This document shows positions 42,332-51,175 of a stretch of 64,000 nt of DNA, in pieces (the stretch's first letter is position 1; each line of letters opens with the position of its first letter). The notes beneath the pieces were generated by a model. That model was not told where the DNA came from. It did no database searches and saw only the letters and a list, made by a program, of their open reading frames with translations. The stretch is from an uncultured delta proteobacterium (GTDB lineage: Bacteria; Desulfobacterota; Binatia; Binatales; Binataceae). The stretch lies in contig CAWEEQ010000004.1 of assembly GCA_963808235.1 (NCBI GenBank), forward strand, positions 672,001 through 736,000. The letters are read 5' to 3'. The translations under genes and the position numbers were made by a program.

Positions 42332-42680
42332 CGAGTGCAGCGGGCATCGCAAAACTTCCGTCGGCAGAGCAGGGGCAGTCCATAACATCCACGACCGCGT
42401 CGAGATTGAGCGGGCCATAGAGATGCGGAAAGAGGCCGTCGCGATTTTCGTCGAGAGCGGGCATCGGCGGTTCGTATTTCAGCGAAGCTGTTAGCCGCGA
42501 CTCATCGATACATAGCACAACCAACCCGGTTTGCCCGCGAAAAAAATGATTTGCCGTGGCCGTGATCTGCGCACTCGTCGAGCAATGGATAAAGCCTTCG
42601 GCGACGAGCGACGGTGGCGCGTAGCTTCCGCGTGCTACCGCCGAGTCCCAGTCGGAGCGGCTCGCGATGTGCAGGATCAT
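42300..42680 (-). CDS. DUF952-domain protein
   Basis: EGFIHCST, FPHLYGPLN. Confidence 0.92.
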   Translation of the reverse strand: MILHIASRSDWDSAVARGSYAPPSLVAEGFIHCSTSAQITATANHFFRGQTGLVVLCIDESRLTASLKYEPPMPALDENRDGLFPHLYGPLNLDAVVDVMDCPCSADGSFAMPAALAKLRDAKSSG

Positions 42681-42692
42681 CTGGGGTTCAGC

Positions 42693-44213
42693 CTAAGACG
42701 GACGGTTGGATAGCTCCATCGCTAATTCGTCTTCGAGACACTGGTGATCGCGTCCGACCGTGGCGATGGCGAGCGTCTTGCCTTCACGCTGAAATGACAA
42801 CCTGCAATTTTGATCTTCGATACTGCCGTCCAGATCGAGCTTATCCCACTTTTCCGCGTGACCGATGTAGTTGAGGGTAAAGTCGAACTGCGTGGTCCAG
42901 AAAAAGGGCACGGTGTCGAACCGTTGTCGCTGACCAAGTATGTTGCGGGCTGCGGTTTGTCCCTGCCGCTGAGCGACGACCCAATGCTCGACGCGAATAC
43001 GATCGCCAGTGAGCGGATCGGGCCAGCGCGCGATGTCGCCCGCGGCGAAGATTCCCGGGACGCTGGTCTCGAGGAACTCGTCGACCAGTATCCCGCGATC
43101 AGTCTCAAGCCCGGCGCGCTCCGCAAGTTCGGTTAGCGGCGTGACCCCGACTCCGATGACCACCAGGCCAGCCTCGATCGTAGCGCCGTCCTTCAGCGTC
43201 ACCTTGCGCTCATCGATCGCGACGACGCCTTGATTGAGGTGAAACACAACTCCCTTGCTTTCGTGAATGCGATGCAGGTATGCGCCGACCTCGGGACCGA
43301 GAACCCTGGCCATCGGGATCGCCTCCGGCGCCACGACGTGGACCTCGAGCTTGCGCTGAATCAACGATGAAGCAACTTCCATCGCAATGAAGCTCGCGCC
43401 TATCAGAACGACGCGTTTGGTCCGGCCGGCCTTGGCGATGATCGTGTCGCAGTCGTTGCGCGAGCGCAGGTAGCAAACATGAGGCAAGTCGGCGCCTGCT
43501 ATCCCGAGCTTCACGGGCTGAGCGCCCATCGCTAGCAGGAGTGAATCGAATTTGCGGCGCCTGCCTTTGACGAGTTCGATGCTTTTGTCACTCGGATCTA
43601 TTGCCGCTACGCGCGTGTTCAACAGCAGTTCGATCTCGTGCTTGCGGTAAAAGTCGGCGGTATGGAGCGGGACCAGCTTCTTACTCGCGGAGCCATTGAG
43701 AAAGTCTTTCGACAGGGCAGGGCGATCGTAGGGAACGCAGTCGTCCGCACTGATTACGGTCAAGTGCCCCCGATACCCTTCATGGCGCAACATTTCCGCC
43801 GCGGCCTCGCCAGCCGCGCCACCGCCAACGATCACGACCGCCTTCGGCGATTTCGCGGAATCGGCAGGTTGCGGTTTTTTCGCGGGCTCTTTTCCACGCA
43901 CGTAGAGCTTGCGGCCGGTCTGCTCAACCTTAAAGCAGGTCACCGGAGCCAGCGCAGGAGCGCGGACGGCCTCACCCGTGCGCAGGCTGAAACATGCATG
44001 ATGCCACGGGCATCGCACCGTTTCTTCAACCATGAGGCCCTCGGCCAGCGGGCCGCCGTAGTGCGTGCAGGTCGCGCCGATGGCGAAGTAGGCGTCTTCG
44101 CGGCGAGCCACCAGGATCGGTTCGCCTTTGAAATGTCCTTGTAACATGGCGCCGTCGGCGAATTTCGTGAGCGAGACGCCACGCGCAAAATCGGGTCCTT
44201 TGGGTTTTTTCAT
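42693..44213 (-). CDS. Rieske [2Fe-2S] plus FAD/NADH oxidoreductase (AIF-like)
   Basis: CTHYGG...CPWH Rieske motifs; GGGAAG, PYDRPALSK, GASFIAME, AAGDIA, RVEHW, PFFWT. Confidence 0.93.
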   Translation of the reverse strand: MKKPKGPDFARGVSLTKFADGAMLQGHFKGEPILVARREDAYFAIGATCTHYGGPLAEGLMVEETVRCPWHHACFSLRTGEAVRAPALAPVTCFKVEQTGRKLYVRGKEPAKKPQPADSAKSPKAVVIVGGGAAGEAAAEMLRHEGYRGHLTVISADDCVPYDRPALSKDFLNGSASKKLVPLHTADFYRKHEIELLLNTRVAAIDPSDKSIELVKGRRRKFDSLLLAMGAQPVKLGIAGADLPHVCYLRSRNDCDTIIAKAGRTKRVVLIGASFIAMEVASSLIQRKLEVHVVAPEAIPMARVLGPEVGAYLHRIHESKGVVFHLNQGVVAIDERKVTLKDGATIEAGLVVIGVGVTPLTELAERAGLETDRGILVDEFLETSVPGIFAAGDIARWPDPLTGDRIRVEHWVVAQRQGQTAARNILGQRQRFDTVPFFWTTQFDFTLNYIGHAEKWDKLDLDGSIEDQNCRLSFQREGKTLAIATVGRDHQCLEDELAMELSNRPS

Positions 44214-44320
44214 GGCGACTGCTTTCGGGTTGCGGGAAGTCTCTCAATCCTGCAAACAAAGCCTCGTGACTGTCAATTGCAAATTGGATTGGTCCGCCGC
44301 GATTTTCTTGCACGCCGCTT

Positions 44321-44349
44321 TTGACACCATCAGCTCAATCGATCAGTTT
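44321..44349 (+). promoter_or_regulatory. Possible sigma70 promoter for a near-leaderless transcript
   Basis: TTGACA (44321)-17 bp-CAGTTT, 8 nt before ATG 44358. No SD; the -10 is flanked by ATCGAT on both sides. Confidence 0.35.
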
Positions 44350-44357
44350 ATCGATCC

Positions 44358-45335
44358 ATGAAAGCAGTAATCGTCGAAAAACCGGGAGACGAATCGGTAC
44401 TCAAGATCGGCGAGGTGCCCGAACCCGCCATCAAGCCCGATGAACTCCTGATTCGGGTCCGCGCCGCCGGGCTGAATCGCGCTGACATTCTTCAACGCCA
44501 GGGCTTCTATCCGCCACCGCCCGGCGCGTCGGAAATCATCGGGATGGAATGCGCGGGCGAAGTCGCGGCGGTCGGCGGTGCGGTCACCGGATGGAAGGTA
44601 AGCGACCGCGCGATGGCGCTACTGCCAGGTGGCGGCTACGCGGAGAAAGCCGCGGTGTACCACGGCTCCGCGATGAAGATTCCCGCACTGCTGAGCTTCG
44701 AGGAGGCCGCGGGGCTTCCCGAAGTTTTTCTGACTGCGTTTCTGAATATTTTCATGCTCGCCGATATCAAGAGCGGCGAGACCGCGCTGATTCATGGCGG
44801 CGGCAGCGGCGTCGGCACCGCGTCGATTCTATTGCTCAAAGAAGCGCACGCGCGCTCGATCGTCACCGCCGGCTCCGACGCGAAATGTGAACAATGCCTC
44901 AAGCTCGGCGCCGACGTCGCGCTCAACTACAACTCGGGTCCATTCGCACCGAGCGTCAGGACTGCAACCAACGGTCGCGGCGTTGACGTGATTCTCGATA
45001 GCATCGGCGGCCCATATCTGGCGGGAAATATCGAAGCGCTCGCACAAGGCGGCCGTCTCGTCCTGATCGGGCTGATGAGGGGGACGCATGCGGAAATTGA
45101 CCTGAGCGCAGTTTTACGCCGCCACTTGAAAATATTCGGCTCAACGCTGCGCATGCGCGCGGCCGCGGAAAAAGCGCAAATCGTCGCCGCCTTCCTGAAG
45201 CAGTTCGGCCCCGCTCTGGAAGCCGGTCGCGTGCGTCCGCCGATCTACAAGGTGCTCCCGGCGGCCGACGCCGCAACGGCGCATCGCATGATGCAGGCGA
45301 GCGAGCACTTCGGCAAAATCATCCTCAAGTTCTGA
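44358..45335 (+). CDS. NAD(P)H-quinone oxidoreductase (PIG3-like)
   Basis: GLNRADILQRQGFYPPPPGAS, HGGGSGVG, HFGKIIL. Confidence 0.95.
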   Translation: MKAVIVEKPGDESVLKIGEVPEPAIKPDELLIRVRAAGLNRADILQRQGFYPPPPGASEIIGMECAGEVAAVGGAVTGWKVSDRAMALLPGGGYAEKAAVYHGSAMKIPALLSFEEAAGLPEVFLTAFLNIFMLADIKSGETALIHGGGSGVGTASILLLKEAHARSIVTAGSDAKCEQCLKLGADVALNYNSGPFAPSVRTATNGRGVDVILDSIGGPYLAGNIEALAQGGRLVLIGLMRGTHAEIDLSAVLRRHLKIFGSTLRMRAAAEKAQIVAAFLKQFGPALEAGRVRPPIYKVLPAADAATAHRMMQASEHFGKIILKF

Positions 45336-45336
45336 G

Positions 45337-45795
45337 ATGACGCACGGACAAATTCGCGTTCGTCGAGCGCGCCTGGGCGACGAACGCGAGATCGAGGGTC
45401 TCTACCGTCAGCTCCACGAAGGCGAGTACACAAGCCCCGGCGTCGCAAAGATGCGGCGCGCGCTGCGCGCCGTGGTGCGCAACCCCGATCAAGTTCTTCT
45501 GGTTGCGATTGAGGACGGTCACATCGTCGGGACGAATCACGTTCTCATCTTCAGGCACATGGCCCGCGCCCTCAGACCGGCGGCGATTGTAGAAAATATG
45601 GTAGTTGATTCGCGCGCCCGCGGCGCTGGAGTCGGAGATCAGCTCATGGCCGCAGCGCTGAAGATTGCGCGCCGTTATGGCTGCTACAAGCTGTCCCTGA
45701 CTTCCAACCGCAAACGCAGAAGTGCGCACCGATTCTACGCGAGATTCGGGATGCGCCAGACTCACTTCGGCTACACGATCTATCTGCCAAAATAA
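45337..45795 (+). CDS. GNAT N-acetyltransferase
   Basis: VENMVVDSRARGAGVG, GCYKLSLTS, AHRFY. Confidence 0.92.
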   Translation: MTHGQIRVRRARLGDEREIEGLYRQLHEGEYTSPGVAKMRRALRAVVRNPDQVLLVAIEDGHIVGTNHVLIFRHMARALRPAAIVENMVVDSRARGAGVGDQLMAAALKIARRYGCYKLSLTSNRKRRSAHRFYARFGMRQTHFGYTIYLPK

Positions 45796-45798
45796 GCC

Positions 45799-46270
45799 AC
45801 TACGAACGCTTGGTAGTGTCCTAATTCGAAACTCGCTCTAATAGCATCAATGTGGTTGGTGGCCCTATTTGCCCTCTGGATTATTCCTGTACTCGCGTAC
45901 CGTCATACGCGCAGAAGCATCCCGTCACATGCGTATTGCATTACAGGCATGGCATTGGGTTCCGTTGTATCGGCGGCCTCTTGGGGGCACGTACGCCCTG
46001 TACTGGGTCTCGGGCCATTTTGGTTTGATCGCTCTGCCGCTCGGGGCAATCGGCATCGTTGGCTTGGTACTATTGCTGATTCACGGAACTCCGGGGTTTC
46101 TCCTCGCAACGGCACTAGGTTTGCGGAGCGGAGGAGTGGTTCATGGAATTGAGGGCGTCTACATCGAATTTCTCAATGCAATCATTTGGGCAATTGTCTA
46201 CGGTTCGATCGGATATGTGCTCGATAGTGCAAACTCATGGAAGTCGAATCGAAATTAGGACTACGAACGC
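45799..46270. mobile_element. Repeat-bounded non-autonomous cassette (MITE/MIC-like)
   Basis: 11-bp direct repeat ACTACGAACGC at 45799-45809 and 46260-46270. Imperfect inverted repeat GTAGTGTCCTAATTCGA (45813-45829) / TCGAAATTAGGACTAC (46249-46264). Interior is visibly AT-richer. Confidence 0.5.
45850..46258 (+). CDS. Small multi-TM hypothetical protein (frameshift at G-run 45983-45987)
   Basis: Removing one G joins MWLVALFALW...SW to GTYALYW...IIWAIVYGSIGYVLD, giving about four hydrophobic helices. Confidence 0.6.
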
Positions 46271-46336
46271 GTCGTTTGCTTGACTCTATCGTGGCGCGGC
46301 AATAAGGTCGGCACTTCGCCAGAAGGCGAGTATCCG

Positions 46337-46381
46337 ATGAACGTCACCTTTACCATCAATAGCCGAACCCCTACTGGGTGA
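46337..46381 (+). CDS. Putative 14-aa leader peptide MNVTFTINSRTPTG
   Basis: Hand translation. AGAAGG SD-like sequence at 46321-46326; ends 23 nt before a strong terminator in the 5' region of the MFS genes. Confidence 0.6.
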   Translation: MNVTFTINSRTPTG

Positions 46382-46387
46382 GGGATA

Positions 46388-46425
46388 CTTCGAACTCTGG
46401 CTTGAAAGAGCCTCGGGCGTCGAAG
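46388..46425 (+). promoter_or_regulatory. Antiterminator hairpin
   Basis: CTTCGA/TCGAAG, CTC/GGG and GGCTT-GAAA-GAGCC stems use the 5' arm of the terminator, so the two structures are mutually exclusive. Confidence 0.55.
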
Positions 46426-46445
46426 CCCGGGGCTCTTTCTTTTTT
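46405..46445 (+). terminator. Intrinsic terminator (attenuator) upstream of MFS genes
   Basis: 14-bp stem AAAGAGCCTCGGGC/GCCCGGGGCTCTTT (one G-U), 6-nt loop, followed by CTTTTTT. Confidence 0.85.
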
Positions 46446-46475
46446 CGCGCGTCCAAATCGCGCGATGGAATCTCT

Positions 46476-47789
46476 ATGGACACGGTCGAAAACAATACTG
46501 AATCAAATGATCACGCCGCCTCGCGGCGCTGGAGCATACTATTCCGCCATCGTAACTTCATGAAGCTGTGGGCCGGCGAGACGGTCTCGCTATTCGGCAC
46601 CCGGATGGGCGACGTCGCGATCAGTTTCGCCGCCGTGATCGCGCTCAAGGCAACACCCTTGCAGATCGGTCTGCTCGCAGCAGCGGGAACCGTGCCGACG
46701 CTCGTGCTGAGCCTGTTCGTCGGCGTGTGGGTCGATCGGATGCGCCGTCGCCCGATTCTAATCGCAACTGACATCGGCCGAACTATCATACTGGGCACGA
46801 TACCGCTGGCCGCAATTTTCGGCGCGCTCAGGATGACCCAGCTATACGCGGTGATGCTGGTCGACGCGATCCTCGATCTCTTCTTCTCGGTCGCCTATCG
46901 CTCCTACCTGCCCTCGTTGGTGAACCGCGAAGACCTGCTCGATGCTAACAGCAAGCTCACCGCCAGCGCCGGCGTCGCGGAGGCCGGTGGTTTCGGCCTT
47001 TCCGGCTGGCTCGTCCAGTGGCTGACCGCGCCGTTCGCGATTTTGATTGACGCGATCTCCTTCCTCGCCTCGGCGCTCGCGATCGCGCTCATCCGCACGC
47101 CGGAGCCGACGCCAGCTCCTCGCACCCGAGACTCGAGCGTGTCCCGCGAGATCGCCGACGGCGCGCGCCTGATCTTTTCCGATCGGCGTCTGCGCGCGTT
47201 CGGCGTCAATGCCATCGTCGGCGGATTCTCCAACAGCCTGGTCTCGACGCTCTACATGCTCTTCGTCGTGAACAGTCTCGAATTCAAGCCCGGAATTCTC
47301 GGCGTGATCTTCGCGGTCGGCGGCGCCAGCTCGCTGTTCGGCGCGCTCGCCGCGCGACGCACCGCCGAGGTACTCGGCACCGGAATGGCGATCGCCGCGG
47401 GCGTAGCGGTCAATGGCGTCGCGTTGATGCTGCTGCCGATAGCGCACGGCTCAGGCTATGTCTCAATCGCACTGCTCGTCGCGCAACAGCTGATCGGCGA
47501 CTCCGCCATGACGATCTATTTCATCAACGCAGTCAGCCTGATCCAGGCGATTACGCCGCGCCCGATGCTGGGTCGCGTGAACGCGAGCCTCCGCTTCCTG
47601 AGCCTCGCAAGCGTGCTCGTGGGACAGCTCGTAGCGGGAATCGCGGGCGGAGTGATCGGGCTGCGCGCAACGATCGCGATCGGCGCTGCGGGCCTTTGGA
47701 TCACGGCCGGCATCCTTGCGATCTCAGTGGTCGGTTCGGTCGGCGACATTTCCGGCGCCGCCAGCATTCAGGTTGAAACGGGCAACTGA
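46476..47789 (+). CDS. MFS transporter (DHA3/macrolide-efflux-like)
   Basis: RNFMKLWAGETVSLFG, GVWVDRMRRRPILI, LIDAISFLASA, LGRVNA. Confidence 0.9.
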   Translation: MDTVENNTESNDHAASRRWSILFRHRNFMKLWAGETVSLFGTRMGDVAISFAAVIALKATPLQIGLLAAAGTVPTLVLSLFVGVWVDRMRRRPILIATDIGRTIILGTIPLAAIFGALRMTQLYAVMLVDAILDLFFSVAYRSYLPSLVNREDLLDANSKLTASAGVAEAGGFGLSGWLVQWLTAPFAILIDAISFLASALAIALIRTPEPTPAPRTRDSSVSREIADGARLIFSDRRLRAFGVNAIVGGFSNSLVSTLYMLFVVNSLEFKPGILGVIFAVGGASSLFGALAARRTAEVLGTGMAIAAGVAVNGVALMLLPIAHGSGYVSIALLVAQQLIGDSAMTIYFINAVSLIQAITPRPMLGRVNASLRFLSLASVLVGQLVAGIAGGVIGLRATIAIGAAGLWITAGILAISVVGSVGDISGAASIQVETGN

Positions 47790-49030
47790 TGGCTGTTGAA
47801 GCGAAAAAGGTTGGGGCACCGCAAGTGCACTCGCCGATCCGGTCGATCACTCGCCGCTACTACTGCGTCTGGGGTTTCTATGCCTTCGCGCCCTCGTTCA
47901 TCTTCGCGATCTACCCGCTCTTCCTTCGCTCGCGCGGCCTGAACCAGTTTCAGGTCAACACGGTCGCGGCGACATATTTTCTCGTCACCTTTCTGACCGA
48001 CGTGCCGACCGGCGCGTTTGCCGACGCGATCGGCCGGCGAGTCTCCGTAGTGCTCGGATGCGCGCTGCACGCCGCCGCATTCATCCTCTATTTCTATTCG
48101 TATCACCACTGGCACTTTATCGTGGCGGAGATTTTCGACGGCGTCGCGACCACCTTCGGCAACGGCGCGATCGACGCGTGGGCGGTCGACGCACTCGATG
48201 CGGCGGGATTCGAAGGCGCGAAGGATCGAATGTTCTCGCGAGTTGCACAAATTCTTCGTCTCGGCTCGATGACCGGCGCGCTGCTTGGCGCATACTCGGC
48301 GCGCGGTGACCTCGCGACCCCGTTCCTGCTCGGTGCGATCGCGTGGGTCGTGGCCGGCGGAGTCGGCTTCATCATGATGGACGGGCCGGCGCGAACCGGG
48401 AAACAGTTTTCGATTCGCGCGATGACCGCCGACGTGCGGCGGCGGATGTTCGTCGGCACACGGGCCGGATTCTCGACGCACGCGGTATTCCTGCTGGCCC
48501 TCGCCTCAATGTTTTCGGCGGCTGCGTGGTTTCCCTTCTGGCAGGAGTGGCAACCGTACTTTCACGCACGATTGGGTTCGAGAGTCGAACTGGTCGGATG
48601 GATTCTGGTCCTGTTCAGCCTCGGGCAGATCGCCGGCGCCGAAATGGCTGCGCGGATGCGGTGGGCGCGCGAGCAGCGCGCACTCTACATGACGTGGAAC
48701 GTCGCGATCAGCAGTGCAGTGCTGCTGGCCGGAGGATTGGCCGCGGGCCGAGTCGGGGTCGCGTTCGCGATGTTCATGGTTGCGCAATTCTGTGGCGGCG
48801 CGAGCACGCCGGTCATTCAGAGTTGGTTCAACGAGGAGATCGAGGGCGACAATCGCGCCACGCTGCTTTCGTTCGGCAGCACGTTTGCCACTTTCGGCGC
48901 GACCGCCGGATTGCCGGTGCAAGGACTCATCGTCGACGCGTTCGGCATCGGCTCCGCGTGGCAAGGCGCGGGAGTCCTGGCGATGCTGCAGGTCCCGGTC
49001 TTTCTCGCGCTGCGGCGTAAACGCGGCTAA
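47789..49030 (+). CDS. MFS transporter
   Basis: DVPTGAFADAIGRR, GNGAIDAW, RATLLSF; about 12 TM. TGATG coupling to the previous gene. Confidence 0.9.
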   Translation: MAVEAKKVGAPQVHSPIRSITRRYYCVWGFYAFAPSFIFAIYPLFLRSRGLNQFQVNTVAATYFLVTFLTDVPTGAFADAIGRRVSVVLGCALHAAAFILYFYSYHHWHFIVAEIFDGVATTFGNGAIDAWAVDALDAAGFEGAKDRMFSRVAQILRLGSMTGALLGAYSARGDLATPFLLGAIAWVVAGGVGFIMMDGPARTGKQFSIRAMTADVRRRMFVGTRAGFSTHAVFLLALASMFSAAAWFPFWQEWQPYFHARLGSRVELVGWILVLFSLGQIAGAEMAARMRWAREQRALYMTWNVAISSAVLLAGGLAAGRVGVAFAMFMVAQFCGGASTPVIQSWFNEEIEGDNRATLLSFGSTFATFGATAGLPVQGLIVDAFGIGSAWQGAGVLAMLQVPVFLALRRKRG

Positions 49031-49101
49031 ACGCATCCGTTCTTCACATAACTCGTGAGCGTTGGCATCTTCCTTCTGGTAAGATTGCGCGCAAGCATCG
49101 C

Positions 49102-50028
49102 GTGAATCGTAAAGCAATCAAACCAGCCGCGCTGAAGCCCGGCGACACAGTTGCAGTCGTCTCGCCGGCCGCAGCTATCGAGCGCGAGCACCTCGAGCGC
49201 GGAGTCAACTTGCTCGCCTCGATGGGCTTTCGGGTCAAGGTGTCCGAGCGGGCGCTGGCACGCTCCGGAATCCTCGCCGGAGACGACGCCGAGCGCGCGG
49301 CGGAACTCCAATCCTGCTTCGCCGATCCAACGGTCAAGGCGATTTTTTCGGCGCGCGGCGGCTATGGATGCGGACGGCTGATGCCGCTGCTCGACTTCAA
49401 AGCGATCGCGAGCACGCCCAAGGTCTTCGTTGGCTTCTCGGACGCCACCTTTCTATTGAACGCGCTGGTCGATCTTGCCGGCATGGTTTCATTTCACGGG
49501 CCGATGGTGGCGATGGATTTCGCGCGTGGACTGAGCCCGCGCTCGCTCGATCACATGCAACGACTGCTGAACGGCGAACTCCGCGGCTTCGAGCTCGAAG
49601 CGCGCGAGACCGTTCATCCCGGCATCGCGCACGGTGCGGTCATCGGCGGTTGCCTGTCTGTTCTGGTTGCGACAATTGGCACGCCTTACGCGCCGAACTT
49701 CGACGGCCGAATATTGTTTCTCGAAGATACCGGCGAGAAGGCGTATCGAATAGATCGAATGCTCGTGCAGTTGCGCCAGGCCGGCGCGCTCGCGCGGGTC
49801 GCGGGTATTGTCTTCGGCGCGATTCGCGCTATCGACGGCGACGAGTCGGAGAACCGGTTGATCGCGCGTTTCGTCGCGGAACAGACCGCGAACCTCGGAT
49901 GTCCGGTGCTCTATGGAATCGAGGCCGGTCACGGCACCGAGAATTTTACGATTCCATTCGGCGTCGAGGCGCGAATCGATTCGGCCGCGCGGCGAATTAT
50001 TTTTACCGAGCCGGCCGTCGCCCGTTAG
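49102..50028 (+). CDS. ldcA: LD-carboxypeptidase (peptidase S66)
   Basis: ARGGYG, GFSDAT, HGPM, ILFLED, GH. Confidence 0.93.
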   Translation: MNRKAIKPAALKPGDTVAVVSPAAAIEREHLERGVNLLASMGFRVKVSERALARSGILAGDDAERAAELQSCFADPTVKAIFSARGGYGCGRLMPLLDFKAIASTPKVFVGFSDATFLLNALVDLAGMVSFHGPMVAMDFARGLSPRSLDHMQRLLNGELRGFELEARETVHPGIAHGAVIGGCLSVLVATIGTPYAPNFDGRILFLEDTGEKAYRIDRMLVQLRQAGALARVAGIVFGAIRAIDGDESENRLIARFVAEQTANLGCPVLYGIEAGHGTENFTIPFGVEARIDSAARRIIFTEPAVAR

Positions 50029-50044
50029 TTGAGGAGAACGCAAG

Positions 50045-51175
50045 TTGGGCTGGAGCGAAGTCGAACGGACCTTCAACGACGCGGTCGAGAAAGGAGTAAT
50101 TCCCGGCGCGACTCTCGTCGTTCGCCGCGGTGCTGACGTTGCGTTCGAGGGTGCGTTCGGATTTCGATCGATCGAGCCGGCCCGCTCGCCTGCAAAAATC
50201 GAGACCGTTTACGATCTTTCGTCGCTGACCAAGGCGCTTGCGACCACGGTGGCCGTGATGATCCTCGCGCGCGACGGCAAGTTCCGCCTTAACGACCGGG
50301 TCACGCGTTTTTTTCCGAACTTCGGGGTGCACGGCAAAGGCACCGTCACATTTCGCCAACTGTTGGCACACTGTTCGGGCCTGCCGGCGTGGCGGCCCTT
50401 TTATCAGCGTATCGCGGAGATCGAAAAAGGCGGGCGGGTCAACTTCATGGCGAGTTTCGGCGCCAAGGAGTTCACCTACGAAGAGATTCATCGCGAGAAA
50501 CTTGAGGCTCCTCCGGCGAGCAAAGCAATATACTCGGATCTTGGCTTCATCGTATTAGGCGAGACGATCGAAAAGCTCGCCAGCGTCGCGCTCAATCGCT
50601 TCTGCCGCGAGAAAATCTTCCGCCCACTCGGACTGCGAGCGACCGACTATATAGACATTTCCCTGGTCCGCTCGCGACGGCTCGAGCCGGTCGCCGACAT
50701 GTTCGCACCGACCGAAGTCTGTCCCTCGCGCAAGCGCTTGCTGGTTGGCGAAGTGGATGACGAGAACGCCTTTGCGATGGGCGGAGTCGCCGGCCACGCT
50801 GGTTTGTTCGCGCCGGTGCGCGAGGTCGATCGGATCGCGCGCGAGCTGATTGCGTGCTACGCGGGACGCTCGGATTTCGTGCCGCAGAAAATAATTCGCG
50901 AGTTTTGGACCCGCGACTCGACCGTCAGCGGCTCGACCTGGGCGCTTGGATGGGACACTCCGTCAACCGAGCGATCCAGCGCCGGGCACCTGCTCTCGCG
51001 CACCTCGGTGGGGCACCTTGGATTCACGGGAACGTCGATCTGGATCGAGCCGGAATCAGAGACTGCGATCTCGATGCTGACGAATCGCGTCCATCCGCGC
51101 CGCGACAACCAGGCTATTCGCGAGTTTCGTCCGAAGATTCACGATCTCATCATGGAAGCACTGATCGGTGGCTGA
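50045..51175 (+). CDS. Beta-lactamase-fold serine hydrolase (AmiE-like)
   Basis: DLSSLTK (SxxK), YSDLG, GVAGHAGLF, GHLGFTGT, LTNRVHP. No signal peptide. Confidence 0.88.
   Translation: MGWSEVERTFNDAVEKGVIPGATLVVRRGADVAFEGAFGFRSIEPARSPAKIETVYDLSSLTKALATTVAVMILARDGKFRLNDRVTRFFPNFGVHGKGTVTFRQLLAHCSGLPAWRPFYQRIAEIEKGGRVNFMASFGAKEFTYEEIHREKLEAPPASKAIYSDLGFIVLGETIEKLASVALNRFCREKIFRPLGLRATDYIDISLVRSRRLEPVADMFAPTEVCPSRKRLLVGEVDDENAFAMGGVAGHAGLFAPVREVDRIARELIACYAGRSDFVPQKIIREFWTRDSTVSGSTWALGWDTPSTERSSAGHLLSRTSVGHLGFTGTSIWIEPESETAISMLTNRVHPRRDNQAIREFRPKIHDLIMEALIGG

Noticed and set aside
45799-46270. Integron attC cassette
   Set aside because: No proper GTTRRRY/RYYYAAC cores forming a downstream attC hairpin, and no intI.
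50045-51175. Class C beta-lactamase
   Set aside because: No signal peptide, YSD/HLG motifs, and ldcA-mpl context favour a recycling hydrolase.
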